64,000 bases of DNA from Antedon mediterranea (taxonomy: Eukaryota > Animalia > Echinodermata). The notes under the pieces are model-generated. The model made no database searches. It had not been told where the DNA came from and worked only from the letters and a program-made list of their open reading frames with translations. This document shows, one piece after another, positions 51,930 through 64,000 of this stretch (position 1 is its first letter; every line of letters begins with the position of its first letter). The stretch is taken from the NCBI RefSeq assembly GCF_964355755.1, contig NC_092672.1, positions 8,494,001 to 8,558,000 on the forward strand. Reading direction: 5' to 3'. The translations under genes were made by a program, and so were the position numbers.

Positions 51930-54900
51930 TTATAGTTTGCAGTTATAACTTTGTGACGCCATAAACTCTTTAACGATTTGTGCCTGACTAGCGTCCACCG
52001 ATTCCATCAAACTATCTAAATTAACCCTTTGCAAAAATGTGTAACATAAATCTTCTTCAACGAGATTACCGTAATCTGACGGCACGTTTGTACCTATGAC
52101 ACGCTTCATACACCGCTCAACATAAAGCGTTCCCAACCAATCAACAACATGGTTTTCCTTTGGTATCACATGTCCTGTACTCCAACACGCAGCTTTCCAA
52201 TATTGCGGTTGCCATAAAAACAAGTGAAAAATATTTGCTGCAACTGCCGCAGATAATCTCTGTAATTTGACAAAACGCATCATTCAATACAGTAGATGTA
52301 CATTTTATGTGTACAGAAAGAAAGATCTTTATAGACTATTTCAGTTGATGTAAAGGTCTGTGTACACTATCAAACTTTTTTTTATGTGACAAAAAAATGT
52401 GATGTGCCCATATATGGACACGATGATATGATCAGGGGCGGATGCAGGATTTTGTGAAAGGGGGGGGGGGGCGCAACTGTATCGAGTCCACACGATTTTG
52501 AAATTAGGCGATTTTGAAAATGTAAAACCTCTAGATGGTCGGAAATGGCAATCTTACGTTAAATAAATGTATTAAAAATTGATATTTTAAATATGAAAAC
52601 TGAGGTACTAGCCTATTAAAGAGTGACATTTTCCCTATAGGCCTATTTTGAGTAAATCGTCACAACAGGGCGTTTCGCGCATGTCAGAGTTTGCACGTAC
52701 ATGGCGGAAAAGGTGCTTTTCCAAGGCCGTCAACAGGACCTGTGATGGTGAAGAGAATTTTGTTAAATGACGCCCCAGATGGCCGGAAGAAATGGTAGGC
52801 CTACTCTCGCACATAAAATTCATGATAAATGGCACCTCTAATTTGCAGGAAAAGACACTCTCATAATAATGCAGCATGCTACCAATGATCAAAACGATCA
52901 TACTTTTTCCCTCCAATAAACACACGTGACTAATTGCAGGACGATATAACATTTTGTTGCCGATTTCATTCACTCAGTATTTAGTTTTGATTGCGTTTAA
53001 TACCCCTTTCACACCAAAAGCAAAACTCCGGAGACACTCCGGAGACACCCCGGAGTTGACGTCCCGCTGTTTGGTGTGAAAGGTAAAATCAAGCAACTCC
53101 GGAGTTTAAAACTGCGGGGTTGAACAGCTGAACATTCTCCGGAGAGAGCGAACTGCGGGGACACCCCGGTGTTTTGGTGTGAAAGGTACCAACATCAAAG
53201 ATTGTATAGCGCCGCGTAGCGGCGCTATACAATCTTTGCCAACATCAAACTCCGGAGTGTTTCGGGTCAAAAGGTCATCCTCACACGATCACTCATTGCT
53301 TTAGTTTTATTTCAAAATACTTTAAATATTTGTACAACATATATAGCGGGTTAAAAAATAATAAGTAGTATCAATAAAACATTATATTACTTCTGAGACT
53401 TTGAAAGTAATTATTAAATTAAACATATTATTAATTAAAATGATTCTAATGATCGTCGCTATGTAAACAAACAAAATAGAGGGCGACATTTACAATTTTA
53501 TTTTATAAACCCCGGAGTTGCTAGGTTGGTGTGAAAGGGGTATCTCCGGAGTTTCTCGACGTTTTGAATGGTCATAAACCCCGGGGTGTCTCCGGAGACA
53601 CTCCGGAGTTTTGGTGTGAAAGGGGTATAAGTTCAATGCGAACGTCCATCTAGGGGAAGCCCTAGAAAAGGCGAGGGTGCGCACCCCCTGGATCCGCCAC
53701 TGATGATGTCATATCACTACCATATTTAAGCACATCACATTTTTTGTCAAACTAATTTGATAGGGTAGATAGAGCTTAAGTCACCTGATCAGTGCACAAG
53801 TATATATCATGGACTATGTAATGGACTATATAATGAAGAAAGGACTTGATGAGTTTAATGGAGAATGGAATGAAGTAGTTACACAATAGTTTAATGGAAA
53901 ATGGATGAAAGTGTTAATATAAGGTCACAATAGTTCTTTAATAAAAAAAAAGCATCAGTACATACCTCATCAGGGTCTCTTTTCAATAGCTTATGGCAAA
54001 CCATTTGAGTGAGGTGATGTTTATTATCCCCAAAAGATGGCAGCTCCGACTCCTGATACGTTCTGCTGTCCAGACGTTTAGAACCAGTGTTCTGTGAAAC
54101 TGAGAAGGGGTTGGGGAGGCCTACTATCTCATATGCAATGGTTGCTGCACTCCATGCATCTGATTTCTGATAATTGATAGTAGAGTGCACCCCTGGAATT
54201 GCTGTTTTGATCTGTAGGATAGAACAAATCTGCAGTAACTGAGAGTAGGTACAGTAAATCATTTTCTTGCTTTTCAAATGTCACAGACACACTTTGCTAT
54301 ATTATTATACCTCACAGTTTTCTACTAAGATGGTTGTTAAAAGGTCAGAGTTAAAATATTATACTTCATCTTATGGTTTAAAAACACAATTGTCACTTGG
54401 CCTAACAAAAGAAACTGAACTCTCTCTCATAAATTTAAGCAACCTCCTCTCACAAAATTAAAACCATCTCTCGCTGTTTTTGTTATTTTGTTCTTATGTC
54501 TAATTTCTTGTTTTGTATTTATATTTAAGTGTGTATGTATTATTTTTCACTGTAAACTTGTTGCACATCTCATTGAGACTGTGCCTCTGATTTAAAAGAG
54601 ATACAATAAAAGTTCAGTTCAGTTCAGTTCAGAAAGTGAAACAAATTTCTGATTTTGTAATGTACCTCTGGAGCCATAAGAGCGCTGTTCCCTCCTTTGT
54701 CAACATATGAACTGGTGTATGGTAAACTCAGACTCCTGTTATCTTGGACTAAGCAGCAACCAAAATCAGTAATCACTAATCTGCAAAAACCTATTTACAG
54801 TAAATACAATGAAAAAAAAAAACAGATTTAGCAACCATTTTTAAGAAACTAATAATGGTAATGCATAATAATTGCTATCAAGTTTGATCATGTTTTAGAA

Positions 54901-57900
54901 ACATTCAACACTGCTGTTTGTCTTTGATGGCATGGCATCAAGCAAGATGGCCAGACACTATTACACTGGGAAAAAAATGCAACTTAAAACAATGTCTACA
55001 CTATCAAACTAGTTTGACAAAAAAGTGTGATACGTGCCCAAATATAGTAGTGATATGACATCACCATGTCCATATCACATTTTTTTGTCACATAAAGTTT
55101 GATAGTGTTGACAGATCTTTAGACCTACAATGGTAGTGTTGGTTGTTAAAGCAATTAGGTACATGAGAGAGCTACTAGCTAGTACTGCAGCACTTACTAA
55201 AATCGATTTGTTAAAATACAGTACCACAATAGTGACAAACATAGGAAATGCTACAGTTGTTAGTGCATTTATCATTATCATTATTTATATTATTATTCTA
55301 CTACATCTATATTCTTAATTTGTACCACCTTTGATATACACATTTTCAACTTTTATTTTGAATTTGTACCTGACTGTATCTCAACCAAAATGTTATCACT
55401 CTTTAGGTCTCTGTGAGCAATGCCTTGACAAACAAGATATGTGATTCCTTCCAATAGCTGAGTTAGCATTATCATGGTTGCACACTCCGATTGTTCTCCA
55501 AAACGATTAAGATATTGCTTCAAATTCATATCATATCTAGATAACAAAATTAAATATTTTAAGAATAAAAAAGTATACAATGATGAGCAAAGTCCTGACG
55601 GATTGACATTTTTTTCTAATAAAAAAAGAAAAATATTTGTGTAGGAAGAACTCCATACTATAAAAATATTTTATTTTAATTTTGGTCACATTAGCAGTTA
55701 CAGAAGGCACTCTCTACCCATCATGCTAATCTTTGTCCGGTAGGGCCGCCAGGTAAAGTAGGTGCCCGGTACCGCCAGGTAGTGTTTTATGATATAAAAT
55801 GATGTCAAGTACACGTAATTAAGATGATTTAGTTATTTATTTAGTTAAATTTAACTTATATATAAATTTCTTACAGAAACAAGTTACAATCAGTTTCGTC
55901 ACAACGCGTCAACAATAACAAAACATCACTTTACCACAGAGGGCGGTCTTCAGTTCTTAATCAGTATTTTGACAGTTTTTTTATGTTATTAAAATGTATA
56001 AAACATACAATTAAATCAATTAAATACCACAATAATATTAAATATTATGTTAGCATATACTTGACATACTTAACATTTTATATCATAAAACCCTACCAGG
56101 CAATACTGGGCCCTACCAGCATAACCCATCTATACAAATGAGTTCTCTTCAACAAAAACTGCCTACTGCAATCCACAATAATTTCAATTTTGTTACAAAA
56201 AGTTGACTGGGTCGTACAATGGTGCTGTACATTCAATTGTTGAATAAAATAATGCACAGCAATTGATATGAAATTAACCAATCAAATGACAAGGATACAC
56301 ACAAATAAAAACATTTATTAGTCACAGACACATTATCTTTTAAGCCCAAAGTTAATTAATAAGGAAAAACAAGACGTGTTCGGGGGCTGTGGTTTCCAAT
56401 TTAAAAGCAAGAATAAAAACCATACAAACGTACCTCTTCATAGTAACAAACATTGTCATGTTTCTACCAAGGCCATTACTTGGATTGAGAGCAGATGGTA
56501 AGCAGGCTGGATGATGCTGCAGGATGTAGTCCTGTTGGGGATACTCATCATCAACAAACGCTCTGTACAAGTCTACGACATTTGGATGCTTTAAGGCTTT
56601 CTTTTGTGATAGTTGACTGTTGAACCAAAAAATAATTTTATTAATCAGCAAACATTTGAATTCTCTGCTACCTTTGTCACAAAAATCCATGTAAACAGAA
56701 ATGAAATCTATTTTAGAATTTTAAAAACAGCATTTCACCATACGTAAAGCTCTGTGTACAATGTCAAACTTTAGTGACAAAAAATGTGTGCCCATATGGA
56801 CATGATGATGTCACATCACTACCATATTTGGGCATATCACTACATATTTGGGCACATCAAATGTTGTCAAACTAGTTTGATAGTGTAGACAGAACTTTGA
56901 ACACAGAATACTCAGGCATCATAAAGTGAAATCTGAGGGTTCTTGTTCATTATTGCTGCCTGTTTTATAATATGTTAAGGAGAGTAGAAATTAAAAAACC
57001 ACACATTTCATTTAATAAAAAGAGTGAATTGTTGATCCAATTAAATGATTAGATACGTTTTTAAAATCTGAAAACATTTTTCCAAGACTTACAGAGATGT
57101 CATTTTGCCAGCAGAGGCAATACCATTCAATGGAACTAATTCCCTTTCATATTTACGGAGAATATCGTCCGAGTTGGAGGAAGCAAAATAGTTGAATGTC
57201 ATCTATATAAAAAAAGAAAAGTCAGTCTGCTGTCATCATAGGCAGGTGGTGAAAATGTTTTACTGCATATGCAAATTAATATGCAGATTTATTTTATTAT
57301 TTCTTCATTTTTGCAATGATTTCATTGTGTTGTTATTATACCTTAATAGCAATAGGATAGTCATCTTCTTCGGTATTCACTGGACTCATTTCTTCTTTGT
57401 GTTCCTCTACCAGATCCAATCTATCTTCTTCTTTAGGTCCTTCTACCACCAGATTCCATCCATCTTCTTCTTTTGTGCGAATGACCTCTTCTTCCACCAT
57501 GTCCCATCCATCTGCCTCAGTCTCAACATCAATGTCTTCTTTGATGCGAGCAGCAAATATTAGTCCATTGCAGCCATTGCCAAGAGGTTTCTTGCAAAAC
57601 TCATATCCAGATACGTGGTCAGGTACATCTGGTTTTGATTCTTGTTCAGTTCTCCTACACGAGTTCTAAAAATTAGAGGAAAAGATTTATTTCAGATTGC
57701 ATAGTTTTTATTAACAATTTCGTATTGAAATTGGGCCAGCAGAAGATGCTTTTAAAATATAAATTCTCTTTTATTTTGTTATAATATACTAGGCTACTAC
57801 TATATTAAACTTGTTTAACTTGTCTTGGTTGTTTGAGAACCCAATCTTAAAATACCTTGTCACCTGAACTTACCCTGATTTTGGAACAAAAGTCTTCATA

Positions 57901-58302
57901 AAATTTATCCTCCATACAACTTTTAGATCCACTATAAAGTGAGTCTATTCCTGTTCCAACCATTGAAATACCAACAAAAGCGAATAGGCCTAAAGAACCT
58001 CTGCCAAGTACCTGATCACGGGAAGCCATCAGCCTCACAGTGGCACTGCGACGCAACACAGAAGCAAACCCTTTAAAATTGGCTTCTGGGAGGGACTTGA
58101 ATAGACCATATCTTTGAAAGATATTGGACGATGGACGACGAACAAGTTGCGATTCATCCCTACAATCACGTTTTTGCAGGCATTTTCGATCAGCAAACCG
58201 TCTTTGATGATTTATTTCATTTTGGATTCCACGGGCCCTGTGTTTTAGTAGTTGACCTAGTATCTGCCTGGTCCTCATGAATATCATAGTACCAAAAGAC
58301 AT
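51930..58302 (-). CDS. PINK1: PTEN-induced kinase 1 (mitochondrial ubiquitin kinase), ~637 aa
   Basis: Exons 58302-57874, 57665-57342, 57202-57093, 56616-56434, 55536-55370, 54790-54666, 54211-53966, 52259-51930 (1914 nt). Arg-rich MTS-like N-terminus plus LFAFVGI hydrophobic segment; LGNGCNG P-loop; AIKMTFNY..SSNS; HPNVV; LGRNMTMF; [10 protein letters not shown]; [10 protein letters not shown]; [10 protein letters not shown]; [17 protein letters not shown]; LDSRTYQE. Confidence 0.96.
53001..53627. mobile_element. PIF/Harbinger-like MITE with CTCCGGAG subterminal repeats
   Basis: TAA|TACCCCTTTCACACCAAAA ... TTTTGGTGTGAAAGGGGTA|TAA. Confidence 0.8.
53196..53238. mobile_element. P-element-type excision footprint / mini-element (43 bp)
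   Basis: CCAACAT|CAAAGATTGTATAGCGCCGC-GTA-GCGGCGCTATACAATCTTTG|CCAACAT: perfect 20-bp arms and 7-bp TSD. Confidence 0.75.
55757..56117. mobile_element. MITE in PINK1 intron 4
   Basis: GTAGGTGCCCGGTACCGCCAGGTAGTGTTTTATGATATAAAATG is inverted relative to CATTTTATATCATAAAACCCTACCAGGCAATACTGGGCCCTAC; boundaries approximate. Confidence 0.6.
56748..56896. mobile_element. Tourist-like MITE copy in PINK1 intron 3
   Basis: TAA|AGCTCTGTGTACAATGTCAAACT...AGTTTGATAGTGTAGACAGAACT with the family's ATATGGACATGATGATGTCACATCACTACCATATTTGGGC core. Confidence 0.8.
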
Positions 58303-61043
58303 TATTCAATTATGACCAAGCCTGGGCTAGCCCCCAGCGCTTAAAAACACTCTCTCTGTCTAGGCCTAGGTATGTAGTAGCTTATTCACACAAAACATTT
58401 AACGATACTATTACTAGGCGTTAGGCCTATAGTAGTAGGCCTACTACTAGCACTATCGGATTCCCGCACTATCTAGGGCCGGGCCTAGCTAGCTACCTAG
58501 CTAGTCCTCACTCTAGCCAATAGCAAGTAGGTAGTACATGCTAGGCTCGCCGATATATATATAAGACGTCTTCGTTTCTTTCAGTTAAATTATTGATATA
58601 TAAAACAATAAACCGAGCAATAAACTAAAATAAGTCTGTATCTTTGACGTTTTCCGCCACCAAACACTGTCACAAAAACTTGATAATGATGTCATTTCCA
58701 AAAATAGCAATTACGTAATGTTCTATGGGGCGCCACATGCAACTAATGTATTTTGTGGTGATATTTTTTCGCGCCGCGGCTCTATCCAGCTATGTTCCAG
58801 GAGGACATATTCATTAATAAGCTGGTTTATAGCTGTAGCTTTAGTATCTAAGGCTGACAGTTTTGCGAATTTTGTAAACTCGACTATAATTTATAGGTCC
58901 CAGCTGCTGAACCCAAAAAAGAGTCTATGAGGGTTCACGGTTGAACGATTTTGGATTCTCGCCCTTTGTCACTTGCATACCACCGTGAAGTCACGTTGTC
59001 TCTAGAGGGTATTCAGTTACATGCCTACAGTACAGGTTGAGGTCACACACAAACAGGCTACAGCACATTGAAGTTCAAAATTGATCATTTTTAAATGCCA
59101 TTTTTGAATTGGTAGATTAATATTTGTTGGCAAAATAATAATAATACATGTCTTCTTTCAAATGCTGTGTATACAATTAATTTGTGAAAAATTGGGCATG
59201 TGATTCATAATTAAAGAACTATCTGTGACTTGTATGTATTTTTGCGCTTAAAGGACATCTTTTTAATAATTAATCATAAATTATTCAAAAGAACAATGAT
59301 TAATGTTAAAATGTCAAGCGGCGTTTTTTGTAAGAAATATTTCTTGTTTAAATTTCACATATTAAATGTGACGTCAGGCTTGAATATTTCGCCCGGAATT
59401 TAATCTAAACCATCAGATTAACCATATTGTCCTTATGCAGAAAAATATTACTAAATTTAAATTGAATTATAGTGAATCAATAAAAAAACAGAATGGTTTG
59501 GTTTATAGCTTAATTGATACTGGTTGATACTATGGTAATAGGCGCGCCACACTGAACAATTCTAAACGACGTGTTTAAGCAATATATTGCACTTTCAAAA
59601 TTGATTATTATTATTTTATAATATAATTTATTTATTGATAAAGGCTGAGATAACAATATCAATAAGGTATTTATGTTTACATTTATATTCGTTCTCAAGC
59701 TTAACTGGAAACTGAGGACATTTGGATTAGGCTCTCTACCCTCTCTTTGCGGATAGTGTACCAAGTTTTTTAACGTGCACCATGTACACGGGACCAACAA
59801 GACAATTCTTAATGGAATATTAATGAAGTTATTATATTAGGCCTATTAATGAGCCAAATTGAAAATTTCAATCAGGGTTTTCCACTCTTTTATAATCCTG
59901 TAAAACTATGCGATTGGATACGTATGTTTATTTTTAATATAGTCTCACACGTGTAGAACTGACGAAAACCATACAAATCCACTGATGTTTAGCAGCAAAT
60001 ATGCTTACTGGTTCCTTTGAATTTTGAAAAGATCATTTTAGAAAAAGTCAAATGAAATATAAAATATTTAAGTTTAAACCGTCTCGTAATTGTTTCTTGA
60101 AAATAAAAAAATTGTCTGTCTTCTTTTTGTCAAAATGTATATCCTTGTTAATGCAATGGATTCGATTGGATATCATAATTGTTGCAATATGGCGTTTGTT
60201 TTAGCAGAAAACCTGATGTTTCTTATTGCAGGAATCAGGGTAATATTTTCGGCCAAAGTATGCCATTATTAACAATAAAAAAAGAAATATTTCTTCCCTA
60301 CACTATGTAGTTAATAAAAGCTTTGCTTGTAATAAGATCTTTTGTGAGATGTTGTGAGATGTTTCAAAACTTGAGTTCCACCTCTCTGGGATGTGCACCC
60401 CTCCTCCCACACTCCCTCGTGCAAATTTACGCCTTGTATTAGCCAGTAACTCATGACTGACACGTGGCAGTCATGTCTTCAAATACAAATTACAGATAAA
60501 ACTAAAGTCTCCATTTGTTGATTCAAGGGTTCAACTTAAATACGTTGTTGTTCATCAAACCTTTGACTTATCTTATTTTCATCATGCAACAGATGGAGTC
60601 TGCAATAGAAGTACCTGTTTTTATCTTGATAAACAACCATACGTTGTTGTTTCAACAAATGGATGTTTAATTAATTAGATAATTCCACATATCTATGGAT
60701 GTTGCTTACGTAGGCCTAGCCGTAATCAACAATTAACGTAAGAAAACATCGTGCTATGGGGCAACATCCCTTTATTACCTTTCGTATCTTCTCTTAAACA
60801 AATATTAAGTTTTGTTGTTTTAATTTATTTTGCAAACTGATGACATTCATTACAGAGACATTATCTGAAAATAATTTTGATAGATTTGTTATAATCAATT
60901 TATAACCACCTGTTTGCTCACATAACGTATGCTTACGTACGCCTATCATCGATAAATAATGGTCCGAGCATCTCCTGAATGGTATTTAAGAGAGCACACC
61001 GGTTTGCCTCTCTCTACACTTTGGTGAAACCAGTAAAGTCAAT

Positions 61044-63866
61044 ATGGACCTGAGATTGGTGTGTTTGGCCGCTGTAGTCGTGCTCTGCGCTGCCGAACCA
61101 CGAAGATACGATGGGTAAGTATAGGCCTACAATCTTTCATCAGTTTCCTATTTTCTTCGTTTGTGTTTATATTGATTGATCTCTAGCACCTTATAATCAA
61201 AATATTTAAGACAGGCTTATTCTTAAGCTTGGTTTCCACTAGCACGCAACGCAAGGACGTAAGCCGCAAAGCAAGCAAATTGACCAATCGCAAGCGACAG
61301 TTGGAGTAATCCATCGCTTTTGATTGGTCAATTCGCTTACGTTACGACTTACATCATTGTCTGGCGTCCTAGTGGGAAACAAGTTTAACGAAACATAATG
61401 GTCAAGGTAAAGTAGGCCTATTGTAATATTGCAATATGGGTTTAGATTCTTATATAATTAGTCGACACGCGATAGATAAATAGAGGAAATCAACTGCCAT
61501 AAGAAAAAATATTACAGACTTATCGACGCATTTTTAGCACAATGTATTCCTTTGGTAATGGATGATGCAGAATGATTTTTAAATATGCCAAATGTTAAAC
61601 TTTGGATTTCAAGAACAAACATTCAGGTAGAGAATACCTAAAGTGTAAACACCCTAAAACAATATGAAACAACACCGCGCTCGTCTAAGTCTAAAATTAC
61701 AATACACTATCTAACTCAAATATATGGACATGATGATGTCACATCCCTACCATATTTGAGCATCACACATCAAACTAGTTTCATAGTGCGGACAGACCTT
61801 AAGCCTGAGAAAATGATTACCGGTTCTTATTAATTAACAGATACCACCAAAATCAATTTTGTATAATTTGGAGTTCTTTCATACAACAATAACTTGAACA
61901 CTTGATTTTTTGTCAACTGCTTTCCTCCTTTTATAAATACAATCTCTTTAACACATTTTCTTGTTTTTTTCATCTCCTGCATATTTTATACTTGCATTAG
62001 TTTCTTTATACAATTATCTATTAATACATTTTTTTTCAATAAATCCATCCAATTTAACATCTAATAGGCCTATGGGTTTGTCCTATTTTATTTTGGCTTT
62101 GGGTTTATAAATATCTAGGCCCTATGATAAATTTGTATCTATGTTGTTTTTAATCTCTTTTAATCTTTTTTTTTTCATTAGATATTTACATAGTCTACTA
62201 TTAGAGTTGCATTTGTTTTGATCAAACATATTCATTTAATAACGAACATTGCATGAATCATAAGTAAGTCACCTTATGATAAAAAGCATAAAATATTTAA
62301 CGACTCGTGCATTATGTTACCAATCTTAGTACAAATATTGCACATTCCTTATGATTAGTTCATTATGAAAGACATTAATAAGATTGTTTTTATGATTACT
62401 GTGTTGTTTAAATTTATACATTGAGAATTTAGCAATCCTAAATACAATTTTATTTATATTTATTATTTACAATTCAATTTTTGTGCATAAAATCCAAACG
62501 AAACATGTTCAACTCTATATTTATCATTATATTTCGTCTCAGTTTATCCCATGGACAATTGATGATTTAAATTACCCAAAAAATTACCAATAAAAAAAAA
62601 GAACAACATTATAAATACAAGCTTTCTGACAAAATAATACCGGTGATAACTGGTATAAAGCGAAATAAAGGAAACTCTAAACCAACAACGACAATGTTGA
62701 AATAAAAGTATTGAACGATGAAGATGAGTAAATTCAAATTCAAATTAGTCCTCTTCTGGTCCCCATCATTCGACAAATGTTTTTCAAAAGAGTGAACGTT
62801 TATATACAAATATCATATAGAAATGAGTGGCAATGTTATAAAAACAAATTTGTGTGAGTATTTACATTCCATTTGGTATTTTTTGTTTAGGTACAAAGTA
62901 TTTCGCATCACCCCAAATAGCGACGATGACATGAAAGCGCTAAAGAAACTGAAATCTGTTGTTGAAGATAAGGTATAGTAAACAGTTTTATTTTGGTTAT
63001 CACCATCTTAAAGTGAAATCTTATTCCTGGTTTTACACCGTTTGCGTGTTGGAATACATTTATACATATTTTTTTTGTATAGATTAACATTGTCTTTTTT
63101 TAATCATCATACATTTTTACTTGCGTTTACATGCATACTTATTTTACTTATGAGAAGCGAAATATTTGTTTTATATTTTAACATAGGTAGATTTCTGGCG
63201 AGACATCAGAGCAGTAGGCTCACCTGTAGATATAATGGTATCTCCACAAATGGAAAAGCTTCTTGCAAACATTGCCAAAGAGTACAAATTGGATGTTGAT
63301 GTTGCGATTGAAGACATTCAACCTCTCTTCGACGACCAGATGAAACACAGCAGAGAGATGTCCGCCAAAGGGATCATTGGTGGTGGTAGCTTTGATTATA
63401 CTGAGTATCACACTCTAGACGAGGTAAATCCCGAAGATTCAGAGTATTAGAAGCCAACAAATTACTAATATGTTTCATTTTATGATAAAAAATGCTCGTA
63501 GAATGTCTTTTGAGTCTTTGGCAGTAAAATGCATTGTTTCCAATTCGAAGATTCTTAAATATTTTAACTGTAACGTTGTTGTTCCAATATTGGTCAGCAC
63601 TATCAATATTTCCAATAAGTTAACTAATTTAAATTTCTATATAATTCAAGGTGTTTCCTTGCTTGATTGGTTCTGGGGTTTTAAATTTTACAGATTATAG
63701 TATATGAATAAAATATCACAATATCTTATTATAAGTAATACTGTATTGTTATCGAATACATTAGATAAACACGTGGATTGAAGATATTGTATCAACGTAT
63801 CCAGCCCTTGTTAAAAAAGTACCAGTTGGAAGTTCGTATGAAGGACGTAATATTTACGCATTAAAG
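61044..63866 (+). CDS. Secreted M14A pro-carboxypeptidase (CPA/CPB-like), 5' partial
   Basis: Exons 61044-61114 (signal peptide + RYDG), 62891-62972 (YKVFRITP), 63187-63423 (VDFW...VDIMVSP...IEDIQ...FDYTEYHTLDE), 63765-63866 (INTWIEDI...VGSSYEGRNIYALK). Typical activation peptide plus start of the catalytic domain; the gene continues beyond the window, so A vs B specificity cannot be called. Confidence 0.9.
61226..61385. mobile_element. PIF/Harbinger-like MITE in carboxypeptidase intron 1
   Basis: TTA|AGCTTGGTTTCCACTAG ... CTAGTGGGAAACAAGTT|TAA, with internal inverted AATTGACCAATC/GATTGGTCAATT. Confidence 0.7.
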
Positions 63867-64000
63867 GTAAGCTAAAACATATCTTATTAAAAATGTATTC
63901 AATGACAACGTATACTCTATATACGTTTTGTTAATTCTCATTAAAGATAGAGTAGGGCCTACATGAACTAAAAAGACACGTGATAAATATCGAACCGGAG

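Larger units (their letters stand above)
52433..53702. mobile_element. hAT-like non-autonomous element
   Basis: TIR CAGGGGCGGATGCAGG / CCTGGATCCGCCACTG; ATGAT on both sides. A clean 8-bp TSD is not seen, so the superfamily is tentative. Confidence 0.65.
52354..53776. mobile_element. Tourist-like MITE carrying nested insertions (PINK1 intron 7)
   Basis: TAA|AGGTCTGTGTACACTATCAAAC ... TTTGATAGGGTAGATAGAGCT|TAA; split at its GATGAT core. Confidence 0.8.

Noticed and set aside
52635-52973. 112-aa ORF inside the hAT-like element as a transposase
   Set aside because: No DDE, BED or dimerisation motifs recognisable; non-ATG start.

Overview
AT-rich, intron-rich metazoan genomic DNA, not prokaryotic. 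An invertebrate deuterostome such as an echinoderm is my guess from gene structure and repeat style (inference only). Six protein-coding genes were reconstructed by hand with phase-consistent GT-AG junctions. (1) A ~893-aa adaptor with multiple Tyr motifs and a C-terminal SH2 domain (+, 5874-23051). (2) MPHOSPH9 (-, 42300-32048). (3) A small CCCH zinc-finger protein (+, 44499-45376). (4) TMED2/p24beta (-, 49896-47827). (5) PINK1 (-, 58302-51930). (6) The 5' part of an M14A pro-carboxypeptidase (+, from 61044, runs off the window). Non-coding DNA is dense in minisatellites, a palindromic ~120-196 bp satellite and non-autonomous DNA transposons of Merlin-, P-, Ginger-, PIF/Harbinger- and hAT-like type, including a four-level nested insertion. 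The most interesting observations are: a nested multi-stem RNA structure filling the last TMED2 intron; tandem acidic LIR-like motifs in PINK1 insertion 1; P-type and TA-type excision footprints, with TAGGCCTA clusters marking gene 5' ends; a P-like element carrying a promoter-plus-donor cassette; and MPHOSPH9-TMED2 linkage as in human.
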